Positions 26,639 through 38,335 of a stretch of DNA of 64,000 nt are shown here, piece by piece (position 1 is the first letter of the stretch; every line of letters starts with the position of its first letter). Under the pieces are notes generated by a model. The model had not been told where the DNA came from. It was given only the letters and a program-made list of their open reading frames with translations, and did no database searches. Position numbers and translations under genes: made by a program. The stretch covers positions 28,086,001 through 28,150,000 of the forward strand of contig NC_043021.1 of the NCBI RefSeq assembly GCF_006345805.1, given 5' to 3'. The stretch comes from Octopus sinensis (lineage: Eukaryota).

Positions 26639-26825
26639 TTGTCCCCCCAACATCGCTTGACCGATGCTGGTGTATTTACTTTCCCGTAACTTAGCGATTC
26701 GGCAAAAGAGACCGATAGAATAAGTAATAGGCTTCCAAAGAATAAGTCCAGGGGTCGATGTGTTCGACTAAAGGCAGTGCTCCAGAATAGCCGCAGTCAA
26801 ATGACTGAAACAAGTAAAAGAGTAA
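26345..26825 (+). mobile_element. SINE family B with internal (TA)n/(TG)n
   Basis: tRNA-like head 'ggttccggattcagtcccactg', 'gcaccttggcaaagtgtctt', 3' end 'aatgactgaaacaagtaaaagagt'; near-identical to 29818-30212. Confidence 0.85.
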
Positions 26826-27559
26826 TTGTTAATGAATTCGTTCAATATTATATAATTTGTTCAAGGAGTGCGTTGAATGAGTTCATCTTGTTGAATTGTA
26901 ATTTTCGTTTGGAAAATTCCTGAATAGTGCATACAACTTTTTTGAAAGTTTGACTTGTAAAAACTTTGAAAAATCTGATGATAACGAACCTGAAATGATT
27001 CGAGCTATATACCAACAATGATCTTTTATTACAGAAAAAAAAAACAACAGCTCTTTCAGTTGCTCAAACGGAAAAAAATTGTCAATCATGACAAATATGA
27101 CGCATCCGGTTCATTCGTTAAAAGTATTCGTTGGCAAAGTGTTTAAGAGTAAGTTGATAATAAATTTGAGTAAATATAATGTAGGCTACAATATTAAGAG
27201 CGCATCAGACCTGTTTGCAAGAAGCGGCGTTTAAAAGACGAAGTGTTATAGCAATAGATATAAGATGAATAGACACTAAGAGATAGAACAGATAAAAGAA
27301 GGAAGGAAATAAGGCGTGGTAGCCACGGGAATAATGTGGTGAGAAGATAACGGTTGAAAGAACGTAGACACATAAAGCTTGCTAAATATAACAAGATACG
27401 TGTTTACAATCAGAAGACTATTTTCCGAGAATAGTTCCGAGAATAGAAATATCACAACTTTAGTTCACATGTAAAAAATGTTTATTGTCTAAAGAGACGA
27501 ATCTATTCTTTTTCGGTCATGAGATGTCGAAAGGGTGATAAGTAGTGAAAGGTAGAAAT

Positions 27560-28100
27560 AGATGACGATGTGAACTATCAAGTTTAGGACATTATTGGAT
27601 TGAAATCTGAAAGCCTGGCGTTAATCATGAATACAACATGATGGAGGTGTATTATACTAATTACACCAGACGAACCCCACAGCACTACAACTTCTTCCAC
27701 TAAACAGCATACAAACCAATACCATTTATAGATGCTGAAACGAGGTTATCAGACATAAAACTCTGTGTTGAAGGAACGTTTCTCAATCAGTAAGGCCCTT
27801 TACTGATGGGATGCAAATGGGAATATGGTCAACCAAAGCTGGGCCAAATGGACGAGAGATGCATATTGAACAACGTAACACTACATATGACCTCAGGAAC
27901 ATCAGTGTGAATGTGTCCCAGAACATCCGAGTTGTAATTAACCAGTGCCAATCGGAAACTAAACTAGATGACAAGAAAGATAAGTTTACCGAATGCTGGA
28001 AGATAATTTAAAATCACGGAAAGACGGCAGAAAATGCGAGTAAACCCAGCATCCTGCTGTGTGAAATTTAATTAAATCTAGAAGAAAATCTTCTAAGATG
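27560..28100 (+). pseudogene. possible ancient LINE endonuclease (APE) relic
   Basis: DIIGL and IRVVINQCQSETKLDDKKDKF loosely resemble RTE-type endonuclease motifs; heavily degraded. Confidence 0.3.
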
Positions 28101-28374
28101 TTGACTAGAGGATGTCAAGGGAAGGAAGAGAATGAGATGCCCAAACGGAAGATATTAAGGAATAATGCCCAAGGAAATAATGGTCTCAAATTATATTCGG
28201 AGTGGGATGTCGAAATCATTGATTCCTGTTCAAAGTCAAATTTGACCCCGGAGATATTTGGGATCAAAACGTAATGATACGGAAGAAAGTTCGCTGAGCA
28301 TTTTAGCCAAAGCACTAATAGTTCTACGGCATTTACTAGGCTCGTGAAAATAACTCTGTCTCGTTTTGGCAAAA

Positions 28375-28625
28375 AGCCAGCAATTTTAAGGGGATGGGGC
28401 TAATCGATTACATTGATCCCAGTACATTTCTTTTCTACTACATCCACGAGGGGGGTGAGTCGATTATTTTGAACCCAGTGCTAGACTAATACTTATTTTA
28501 TCGATTCCAAAAGGATGAAAGGCAAAGTCGACCTTGCTGGCATTTAGACTCGGAATGTAATGATGGACGAAATGCCGCTAAGTCTTTTGTCGGGTGTACG
28601 AACAATTTTGCCAGCGCGCCGTCTA
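28375..28625 (-). mobile_element. SINE family A
   Basis: 'ggatgaaaggcaaagtcgaccttgctggcatttagactcggaatgtaatgatggacgaaatgccgctaag'. Confidence 0.8.
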
Positions 28626-29125
28626 TAGGCCAATAAAAATAATGAAGCGACAATGAAGGCAAAATGTGTTTGCAGCAAAATAATGTAAGACGTTATAAGG
28701 CTGACCGTTCATCAGGCACGTGTTTGTTGTTTGAATGTAGGAGGAAGAGAAATACCGCACATGATGACATTTTGATGTAATGCAAGCTTGGCCGGGATTC
28801 ACTCCACAGTGATGGGTTACTACTCATGTTTGTGCCCCAAACTCCATGCGGACCAAACCGTCTCCAGCAAGCCAAAAGACGGAGTGATATGAGTTTCAAA
28901 CAAAACGAAGTCATATGGGAGCACAGCGCGAAGGGTCAAGACGAAAAAAATCAACCTCAAAATATATTGTCAGGTCCCCCTCTATATTTTTCAATAGGTC
29001 TCCTTTACCGAAGCCAATATCGGTTGCCATGTGGTGGCAGGACATACAAAATAGCAAACACCCCCACCACACATGCATGCATACATACTTACGTACACAT
29101 ATACGCACAGATACACACTCACATG

Positions 29126-29157
<32 letters not shown>

Positions 29158-29244
29158 TGTATGTATGTATGTATGTGTGTGTATGTAAGTATGCATGCAT
29201 GTGTGTATGTATGTATATTTCTGCCATTTCGCCATCCTCAGAAG

Positions 29245-29600
29245 GCACGTGGTGTAGTGCTTGGGGTTTTGCACTCACAGTCTAGCGATCGGAGGTTCGT
29301 TTTCCAGTGTAGGCAGCGCATTGTATTCTTGAGCAAAACACTTCATCTTACGTTGTTACTCTGCTGGTGGGTTGGACAGTGGCAGAATCGTTGGCGCTTC
29401 GGAACAAATGCTTTACGGTATATTTCCCGACTCCAATGACTCTCTACGTTCTAAGTTCAACTCGCATCTGTTTGGAGAAGGCAGCGGGAAACCACTCTCA
29501 TATTAATCACAGGTCTAATTATGGTCGCCGAAATACCCGCAATCTACCAAACAGTGGCATGAGAAGGTATGGATGATCCCAGGTTGTATAGAGAGTTTTG
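29245..29600 (+). mobile_element. composite tRNA-derived SINE (different head, family-A-like internal part)
   Basis: A-box-like 'tggtgtagtg', B-box-like 'ggttcgtttcc', 'ttgagcaaaacactt', then 'ggcagaatcgttggcgc...acgttctaagttcaact'. Confidence 0.55.
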
Positions 29601-29817
29601 GAGAAGTCTCACACGCACAGAATCTGCCCAAGGGAAGACCACACCCACACACACCCACACCACCACACAAACACATACGCACACGCGCACACAAACACAT
29701 TAAAATTGTTATATTTAGGAATGATCATTTTGTTTGCCAAATGAACACACGCACTATGTCCGTTCTTCACGTGTATATATGCATATACATGCATTCTTAC
29801 GTAGATACATGCATAGA

Positions 29818-30212
29818 TGTGGCTGTGTGGTAAGTAGCTTGCTTACGAACCACATAGATCCGGGTTCAGTCCCACTGCGTAGCACTTTAGGCAAGTGTCT
29901 TCTACTATAGCCTCGGGCCGACCAAAGACTTGTGAGTGGATTTGGTAGACGGAAAATGAAAGAAGCCCGTTGTATATATGTATATGTATTTGTATGTGTG
30001 TATATGTTTGTGTGTCTGTGTTTGTTCCCCAACATCGCTCGACAACCGAAGCTGGTGTGTTTACGTCCCCGTAACTTAGCGGTTTTGGCAAAAGAGACCG
30101 ATTAAGTACGAGGCTTACCAAGAATAAGTCCTGGGGTCGATTTGCTTGACTAAAGGCGGTGCTCCAGCATGGCCACACTCACATGACTGAAACAAGTAGA
30201 ACAGTAAAGAGT
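29818..30212 (+). mobile_element. SINE family B
   Basis: 'gtggtaagtagcttgctta...gggttcagtcccactgcg'; matches 26345-26825. Confidence 0.88.
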
Positions 30213-30225
30213 GTATAAATATATA

Positions 30226-30291
30226 CAGGTGGTGCTATTAAGTTAAACATGGCCTGGGCCAATAATGGCCGAAACCTATCAAAGTATCAAA

Positions 30292-30294
<3 letters not shown>
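30226..30294 (+). mobile_element. extremely 5'-truncated LINE 3' end (same family as 10206-11090)
   Basis: 'caggtggtgctattaagttaaacatggcctgggccaataatggccgaaacctatcaaagtatcaaagt' vs the minus strand of 10206-10278. Confidence 0.8.
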
Positions 30295-30346
<52 letters not shown>

Positions 30347-30546
30347 TATAGATATATATCGGCAATATAACGGACACAGCTTGTGTCGTTAGTCAGTTTC
30401 AGGAGATGTCCTCCTTGAGTTAAAATATATGGTAGTAACGGAATTCCTTACGGAAAAACCATGTTGAAGGGGTAAAAAAACATTACTTTTGAGTATTGTT
30501 ACTAATTACATCTCTAATAGAGATTTTAGAAGTACTCACTTTGCTC

Positions 30547-30608
<62 letters not shown>

Positions 30609-30783
30609 GTTTAAATATTTGTTGTGCAAGATTTTTTATGTGAAGTCGTGTGTTGAAACAGATATTGTTATATTTCGGAATGGTCATATTACCAATTTAG
30701 CCAATAAAAACACACGCACTATATATTTGGTGTTATTTTGCTTCAGTGTTATTTATTTTTTACATTAAACTTAATCTTATTTC

Positions 30784-30828
30784 GGCCAGAGTTATTTCGT
30801 CACACTCCTGTGACCGCATCAGTGGTCC
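30784..30828 (-). ncRNA. hammerhead-like motif, A9C variant (left arm of PLE-2)
   Basis: GGACCA CUGAUGC G GUCACA ggag UGUGAC GAAA UAAC UC UGGCC. Confidence 0.55.
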
Positions 30829-31195
30829 TTTGTTTTCTTCTTTCGTATTTGTGTCTCTCCTTACTAACCGTCAGCCATTTTGTATTTCTATTGTATGTCT
30901 TCATTTGCGCATGCTTATATCTCTATGTGCGTCTATGTTTATTTAGTGTGTGTGTGGGGGGATGCCTGTAATATTTGTATCTTCTGTTTATATACATTCA
31001 TGTAATTTGTATTTTGTTTTTGTTGTTGTTGCTTTTGTTCTAATTTTGTTCATGTGTTTACATCTACCCATTATTATCATTACATATGCTTGTATGTATG
31101 TATGTATGTATAACAACAATATTAGTAATAATAATAATAAATTTAATCGAAAAAAAAGATTTAATCGAAAAAAAAATATATATATATACACATAC

Positions 31196-31237
<42 letters not shown>

Positions 31238-31367
31238 GAAATATGGATACAGTTTGTGTATCAAATAGCTAACTTAAGGCGATGGCCTCATGGAGCTAAT
31301 AAGCGGACAGCTTTATTCTTATTTTTATAAGAATGCCATATTAGTATGGCGATAACTATTATATATA

Positions 31368-31418
<51 letters not shown>

Positions 31419-31900
31419 TACATATATACATAGATATATATACATATATATAGTTATTCATTTCTATTTGTTTATCTATCTGTGTATTTATTATGTTTTC
31501 GGGATCCTCTGTCGTCATATGTTGTGGTGTGTGCTATTGCTCCATTCTAGTTTTCTATTCAGGCTAGGTTTATTTTCTATTATATGTGTAGCTTCTGTAA
31601 TTTGTCTAATTGTTGCATCTGTTCTGTGTGGACAATATCTTACTCTCTTTGTTATTGATTGATCCCCCGTGTTCCTGTTCGGCGTGTTGGTACAGAATCG
31701 ATGAGCTTTTACCTTCCTTGAGTTGTCTCTAATGTTCATTCACCCGCTCTCCTATGCTTCTTGCCGTTTCCCCTACGTATGTTATTGTCTTGTTACTGCA
31801 TCGTCCCTCTATACATCTTATACTATAGACTACATTTCTGGCTTATATCTCTATGTGCGTCTATGTATATAGACTACATTTCTGGCTTTACATTTCTGGC

Positions 31901-33320
31901 TAGGAAGACACATATAGAAAGATGGCGCGGATGGACCAGAGCCATACGGAGCCCCGCAAATGTCCATAAGGTAAAGAAAATGATCGCACATGCACTAGGA
32001 GCTAGGATAAGAGTTACCCTAAAAGGCCACACGTTTAAATTTAATAATAAAATATATGCCCAGGACGAAGGGGGCAGCCATCGGTGTTAGTATCGCTGGT
32101 GATGTGGCCAACCTTTTCATGGTATGGTGGGACAGAAGGCTTAAAGAACGCCTACTGCAGAAATCCATACTCGTAAACATGTACTCTCGCTATGTTGATG
32201 ATATCAACATAGTGGTAAAGGCACCCCCACAAGAGAGTAATGTTGATATAGTAATAGAAACTAATACTATGGAGAGCATCCAGCAAATAGCTAACTCCAT
32301 CCACCAGAGTATTAAGGTCACAATAGACTACCCCACTAAACACCCCAACCATAGACTACCAGTACTAGACACTGAACTCTGGCTGGAAATTGTGAAAAAT
32401 AAAACCCAAATCCTTCATTCATACTATGCCAAACCTATGGCCTCAATTTACCTGATCCACCGGAACTCAGCCATTGCGGGCAATGCCAAATTCAATATTT
32501 TGATGGCAGACCTCGTCAGAATAATGAGAAATGTGTCACGCATGTGCGAGCCTACAGAATTAAAGAGACACATACAGTATTTCATTCACCGCATGCAGTT
32601 CTCAGGTTACAGCCATAAAGAAAGGATCAGAGTATACAAAGGAGCCATTAAGAAATTTGATAATATATTATGTAATGATAGGAATGGGATTTGCCCACTC
32701 TATAGGAACAAGTCATGGAACACAATAGAAAGGACAAAAAAGAAAATAGGGAAGGCCAACTCTTGGTATGATAGCCATAAATACCAGAGTGTCATGTTCG
32801 TTGACACCACCCCTGGAGGTGAACTGGCGTACCGCTTTAGAAGGACCCTAGATAAACTTAAACTAAAAATTAAGGTTGTTGAAAAGCCAGGCAACCCTAT
32901 CAAATCTATAATTGGTAGAACCTATCCTTTTAGTAGAACCCCCTGTACGGATAAGCATTGCACTGTATGTAGATTTAGCCCACAAACAAACTGTAAAGCC
33001 AGAAATGTAGTCTATAGTATAAGATGTATAGAGGGACGATGCAGTAACAAGACATACGTAGGGGAAACGGCAAGAAGCATAGGAGAGCGGGTGAATGAAC
33101 ATTAGAGACAACTCAAGGAAGGTAAAAGCTCATCGATTCTGTACCAACACGCCGAACAGGAACACGGGGGATCAATCAATAACATAGAGATTAAGATATT
33201 GTCCACACAGAACTGATGCAACAATTAGACAAATTACAGAAGCTACACATATAATAGAAAATAAACCTAGCCTGGATAGAAAACTAGAATGGAGCAATAG
33301 CACACACCACAACATATGAC
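31901..33320 (+). pseudogene. PLE reverse transcriptase-GIY-YIG endonuclease (5'-truncated, frameshifts, internal TAG)
   Basis: TFKFNNKIYAQDEG/GAAIGVSIAGDVANLFM, RYVDDI, LPVLDTEL, FSGYSHKER, NVVYSIRC...KTYVGETARSIGERVNEH. Confidence 0.92.
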
Positions 33321-33430
33321 GACAGAGGATCCCGAAAACATAATAAATACACAGATAAATAAACAAATAGAAATGAATAACTATATATATGTATATATAT
33401 CTATGTATATATGTATGTATGTTATATATA

Positions 33431-33480
<50 letters not shown>

Positions 33481-33870
33481 ATATATATATATGTATATGT
33501 GTATATGTATGTGTATATATATATATATTTTTTTTTCGATTATATTTTTTTTTCGATTAGATTTATTATTATTATTATTACTAATATTGTTGTTATACAT
33601 ACATACATACAAGCATATGTAATGATAATAATGGGTGGATGTAAACACATGAACAAAATTAGAACAAAAGCAACAACAACAAAAACAAAATATAAATTAC
33701 ATGAATGTATATAAACAGAAGATACAAATATTACAGGCATCCCCCCCCACACACTAAATAAACATAGACGCACCTAGAGATATAGGATTGCGTAAATGAA
33801 GACATACAATAGAAATACAAAATGGCTGACGGTTAGTAAGGAGAGACACAAATACGAAAGAAGAAAACAA

Positions 33871-33915
33871 GGACCACTGATGCGGTCACAGGAGTGTGAC
33901 GAAATAACTCTGGCC
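33871..33915 (+). ncRNA. hammerhead-like motif, A9C variant (3' UTR of PLE-2)
   Basis: Same motif as 30784-30828, in sense orientation in the PLE 3' region where PLE HHRs are expected. Confidence 0.55.
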
Positions 33916-34091
33916 GAAATAAGATTAAGTTTAATGTAAAAAATAAATAACACTGAAGCAAAATAACACCAAATATATAGTGCGTGTGTTTTTATTGGCT
34001 AAATTGGTAATATGACCATTCCGAAATATAACAATATCTGTTTCAACACACGACTTCACATAAAAAATCTTGCACAACAAATATTTAAACG

Positions 34092-34125
<34 letters not shown>

Positions 34126-34338
34126 ATATATACATGAGCAAAGTGAGTACTTCTAAAATCTCTATTAGAGATGTAATTAGTAACAATACTCAAAAGTAAT
34201 GTTTTTACCCCTTCAACATGGTTTTTCCGTAAGGAATTACGTACTACCATATATTTTAACTCAAGGAGGACATCTCCTGAAACTGACTAACGACACAAGC
34301 TGTGTCCGTTATATTGCCGATATATATCTATATCTATG

Positions 34339-34385
<47 letters not shown>

Positions 34386-34389
34386 TTAT

Positions 34390-34540
34390 ACACTCTTTAC
34401 TGTTTTACTTGTTTCAGTCATGTGACTGTGGCCATGCTGGAGCACCGCCTTTAGTCAAGCAAATCGACCCCAGGACTTATTCTTGGTAAGCCTCGTACTT
34501 AATCGGTCTCTTTTGCCAAAACCGCTAAGTTACGGGGAAG
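34390..34540 (-). mobile_element. 3' part of SINE family B
   Basis: Reverse complement of 30070-30210. Confidence 0.85.
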
Positions 34541-34630
34541 CAAAATAACACCAAATATATAGTGCGTGTGTTTTTATTGGCTAAATTGGCAATATGACCA
34601 TTCAGAAATATAACAATATATATATATATA

Positions 34631-34840
34631 GTTAATCCAAACAAGAAAGCACAAAAAAACACAACAACGCGCGGACGTGGAACAAATATAGTATTATTGG
34701 ACGCTCAGGAAAGAAGGAAAGAAGGAGTGTTTAACGTTTCGAGCGGAGCTCTTCGTCGGAAACATAGGAGAAGGAAAGATCCAGAGAAGGGAAGACAGAG
34801 GGAAAGAAATCGCCAACGGTACACACGCGGTCACATTTTG
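34631..34840 (-). mobile_element. short HHR-bearing repeat in (TA)n
   Basis: Non-coding, TA-flanked, contains the HHR at 34728-34764. Confidence 0.6.
34728..34764 (-). ncRNA. minimal type I hammerhead ribozyme, U4C variant
   Basis: UGUUU CCGACGA A GAGC ucc GCUC GAAAC GUU AAACA. Confidence 0.7.
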
Positions 34841-34841
34841 A

Positions 34842-34911
<70 letters not shown>

Positions 34912-34915
34912 TATA

Positions 34916-36094
34916 TCTGGTCATCCTATAAGTTCTGTCCGATTTTACCTTTTTTAAAATTTAATGAAATTTAATAGTATTTTAGAATGTCTAATGGAAT
35001 TAAAAAGTATTTTTATGCATTTGTGTACATCTGAACTAATTGATTACTATTTTTCAGAATAAAAGAATTAAAAGTTTTTGGGATGCTTCCATGTTAGAAA
35101 AGATTTTAATCAAAGAGCATTTGAGGCACATAATGATTTTTGAGTACAAAAAAGGAAACTTTGCAACCGAAGCGACTCGAAACATACACTCAGTTTATGG
35201 GAAAGAATGCTTGAATGAAAGAACTTGCAGAAGATGGTTTGCAAAATTCAGAAGTGGAGATTTCAGTCTTGAAGATGAAGATCGAACAGGACGCCCTGTT
35301 CATCGTCATCTTCAACAACTTGGAAAGGTCCCTAAACTTGGAAAATGGATGCCTCATGAATAGTCCGAAAGCAACCGCAAATCTCGAGTTGACATCTGCT
35401 CTTCTCTCCATTCTCGTGAACTCATATCACCCCTTTTGGATAGACTTGTGACTGGTGACGAAAAATGGATCTTCTATCGAAAAGGTAAACGTCGCAAAAA
35501 GTGTCTTGGTAAATGGGAAAAAGCTCAAGCACAGCCGAGAAGGGAACTTCATGGAAAAAAGGTTCTTCTCTCTATCTGGTGGGATTGCAACGGAATAATT
35601 CACTTTGAATTGTCACCATCTAATGCAACAATCAATGCTCAAGTCTACTGTCAGCAATTAGAGCGTTTGAATCAAGTTTTGAAGAAAAAAAGACCCGCTT
35701 TAGTGAATCGAAAAGGAGTGATTTTTTACCAGGACAATGCGCGACCCCACACTGCAATGATCACATCACAGAAGATCGAAGTACTTGTTTGGGAAAAAAT
35801 TCCTCATCCACCTAATTCTCCCGACCTTGCTCCTTCAGACTACCATTTGTTTCGTAGTTTACAGAATCATTTGTGGTACATGACTTCGCAAGCTAGGTGG
35901 AGGTCGAAACTGACATTTCAGAGTTCTTCGCTTTGAAACGAAAAGAGTTTTACATTGACGGGATTAAAAATCTTGTAAATAGATGGAAGGAAGTCATAGA
36001 TAATCAGGGAAAGTACATTGATGATTAAATTTCAGTTAAATATAACATTTGATCACTTGTTTTCTTTATTCAAAACTTATGGGATGACCCCTGA
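34916..36094 (+). mobile_element. mariner (D,D34D) transposon, internally deleted and frameshifted
   Basis: Imperfect TIRs (ggtcatcctataagttctg / caaaacttatgggatgaccc) with TA flanks; HLRH..HTH, WFAKFRSGDFSLED, VTGDEKW, QDNARPH, SPDLAPSD with 34 residues between the 2nd and 3rd Asp. Confidence 0.93.
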
Positions 36095-36131
36095 TATATA
36101 TATATTATATAATATATATATATAATTATAT

Positions 36132-36162
<31 letters not shown>

Positions 36163-36264
36163 TATTATACACACATATATATATATCAGGTATATATATA
36201 CACTCACACACACACACACACACACAGACATATATAAACTGGTTTTCAGTGTTTGATTACTGAA

Positions 36265-36395
36265 GTAATAACCGCACAGGCCGGGGCTATAACAGAAGAC
36301 ATTATACAAAGGTTATGCGCAGTGGAACTGAACCCGAAACTCTGTTTTTGCAAAGCGAGCGTTTTAATCAGACATCCATGCTTGTGCTTATAATT
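36265..36395 (-). mobile_element. 5' part of SINE family B
   Basis: 'gctataacagaagacattatacaaaggttatgcgcagtggaactgaacccg'. Confidence 0.7.
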
Positions 36396-37637
36396 GTGGA
36401 ATCCTATGCACGATAATTAAGAACAATAAAACCATTTTCAATGCCGGGGGGTAAGAATCATCTGCGTGATTGATATGTGAGATTGATTCAGTAAATGTGA
36501 AGAGGATGAAATCGTTCTCTGCCTCAAAGTTGCATCGGATAGAAGCGTTGCTCATTGACACAGAAATAACTCAATTATTTTCAACCCGTATCATTGGCAG
36601 CTGGGAGCAAATGTTGTAAAACAATTGAAGCTCTCGGATCACATAATACAAAGATCAGCTTCTAGCAAGCATTTAATTATATGAAGACAGACTGAACCTT
36701 GGGAAGAACACGGTTGATGATCGTAAACTAAATCTTTCTAAATACAATGAATCAAAAGAAAATTTCAGGAGCCAACGTAATGGCGTACTCTGCCGACCAA
36801 TTAGGACTTAGTACAGCGCTCAATCTGCAAGTCTCTAAGTTCTATAGTTCCGTTAACTATTGGTTGGGTATATATTCTAACATTCAAATTGTAAAGAAAG
36901 GTACTTTATGACTTTGGATACAGAAGGGAAATCCTTGGTATGTGTCTACTGGGATACAAGCCGTAACCCCGATCAATTAAGGACAGGTCATCTAAGCGAA
37001 AGTGACTGATAGTGAAAATAACGAAATCCACTGCGAACCACGAGTATCGTTAACGAAAGTTCTGCTTCATTAGAATGAAGTTGGAAGTATTGAGTTAATA
37101 TAATTTACACCAAGAGGAACCATGGTACATAAAGTATGTTTAACAGGTAACTGGATGGGGATAATAAAATGTGGATATTGAATGAGGATGATAAAAGCAA
37201 AAGATGTGGCGCAGCAGGTGTATTGTAACAAAACATTTTAACACATCGTTAATAATTATGTAAGAGGCTAATGTGTTAATAACAGAGAACGGCTTTGAGA
37301 ATAATGTTAACACTTTGATGAGTAGATAATAAAAAAGTTAATAGAACATTAAATTATTTACAGATAAGAGGAAACTCAGAAGCTGAAAGAAATATTGGAA
37401 GACAAAATATGTTCATCTTATTCGAAAAGATATTAATATTACAATGATATTTCATGGAAAGTGTAACTGTGTACATACGTATATATGTTGGTGCATACAC
37501 ACGTGCATGCATACATGCATACACGCATACATACGTACACACACATACATACACATATACAGGCATACGGTCATAGGTACATATACATGTGTATATATAT
37601 ATAGAGAGAGATATGTATATTTATATGTATACACCCC

Positions 37638-37675
<38 letters not shown>

Positions 37676-37680
<5 letters not shown>

Positions 37681-38105
37681 GTTTCAAATAATTTTACATC
37701 ATTTGAGATGTAAATATCACAGAAACTACATAGTAAAAGCAAATTAAACTAAACAGGTATGATTTATTCCTCCAAATTCGAATGAGAGATCCAAAGGTAT
37801 GTGGGTTCCATGAACGAAAAGAAAAACGGGCTATGAAGATGCTTTTGGTGAGTCCCTTTCATGCTTAACTGTGACATGGGTTTTTCTTCGCCCCAAATGC
37901 GAACATTATTCTTATTGACTTTACCATTCGTATGAAATGTGGCCTCAACACTGAAAACAAGACGTTCTTTGAACTCACCTTCTTCAAGTCTCTCTTGCAT
38001 ATCAACCCATAAGTGTTTGCGCTTTCGCTTGTCATCTGCTGTTATGGCCTGCAGCTTCTAGGGTTTTATTAGCAAGCGTTTCCTAAGGATGCGCCAAGCT
38101 GTTGT
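37676..38105 (-). mobile_element. Tc1/mariner-superfamily fragment
   Basis: LVFSVEATFHTNGKVNKNNVRIWGEE resembles the FSDEA..HL.G.VN..N.RIWG motif; TIR-like end 'ta-tagggtgtttcaaa'. Confidence 0.7.
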
Positions 38106-38159
38106 TGTAGGAATCTAGGTTTCCAGACTTGTTCTACTTATGGACTTGTTGGGGCTTCC

Positions 38160-38335
38160 CAAGAGTTTTGGCGAACCTGATCGACCGTTTATTTACATTA
38201 TTTACATTATTTACGATTGAAGGATATTTATCCTCATTTTGTTTGTTTTTAACACAACGTTTCGGCTGGTATACCCTCCAGCCTTCATCAGGTGTCTTGG
38301 GGAAATTTCGAACGTGGGTTTAGGAACACGGATAG
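38160..38335 (-). mobile_element. HHR-bearing repeat (same family as 59930-60090)
   Basis: Reverse complement aligns with 59930-60060. Confidence 0.8.
38251..38296 (-). ncRNA. minimal type I hammerhead ribozyme
   Basis: GACAC CUGAUGA A GGCUGG agggUAUA CCAGCC GAAAC GUU GUGUU; palindromic ACGU stem III. Confidence 0.8.

Larger units (their letters stand above)
30355..34325 (+). mobile_element. Penelope-like retroelement (PLE-2): inverted 3'-end arm + 5'-truncated RT/GIY-YIG ORF + 3' end
   Basis: 30355-31844 is the reverse complement of 32996-34325; (TA)n flanks on both sides. Confidence 0.9.

Noticed and set aside
30248-30280. GGCC-aataat-GGCC-GAAAC as a hammerhead
   Set aside because: Lacks the GANGA core; better explained as the LINE 3' stem-loop homologous to 10229-10255.
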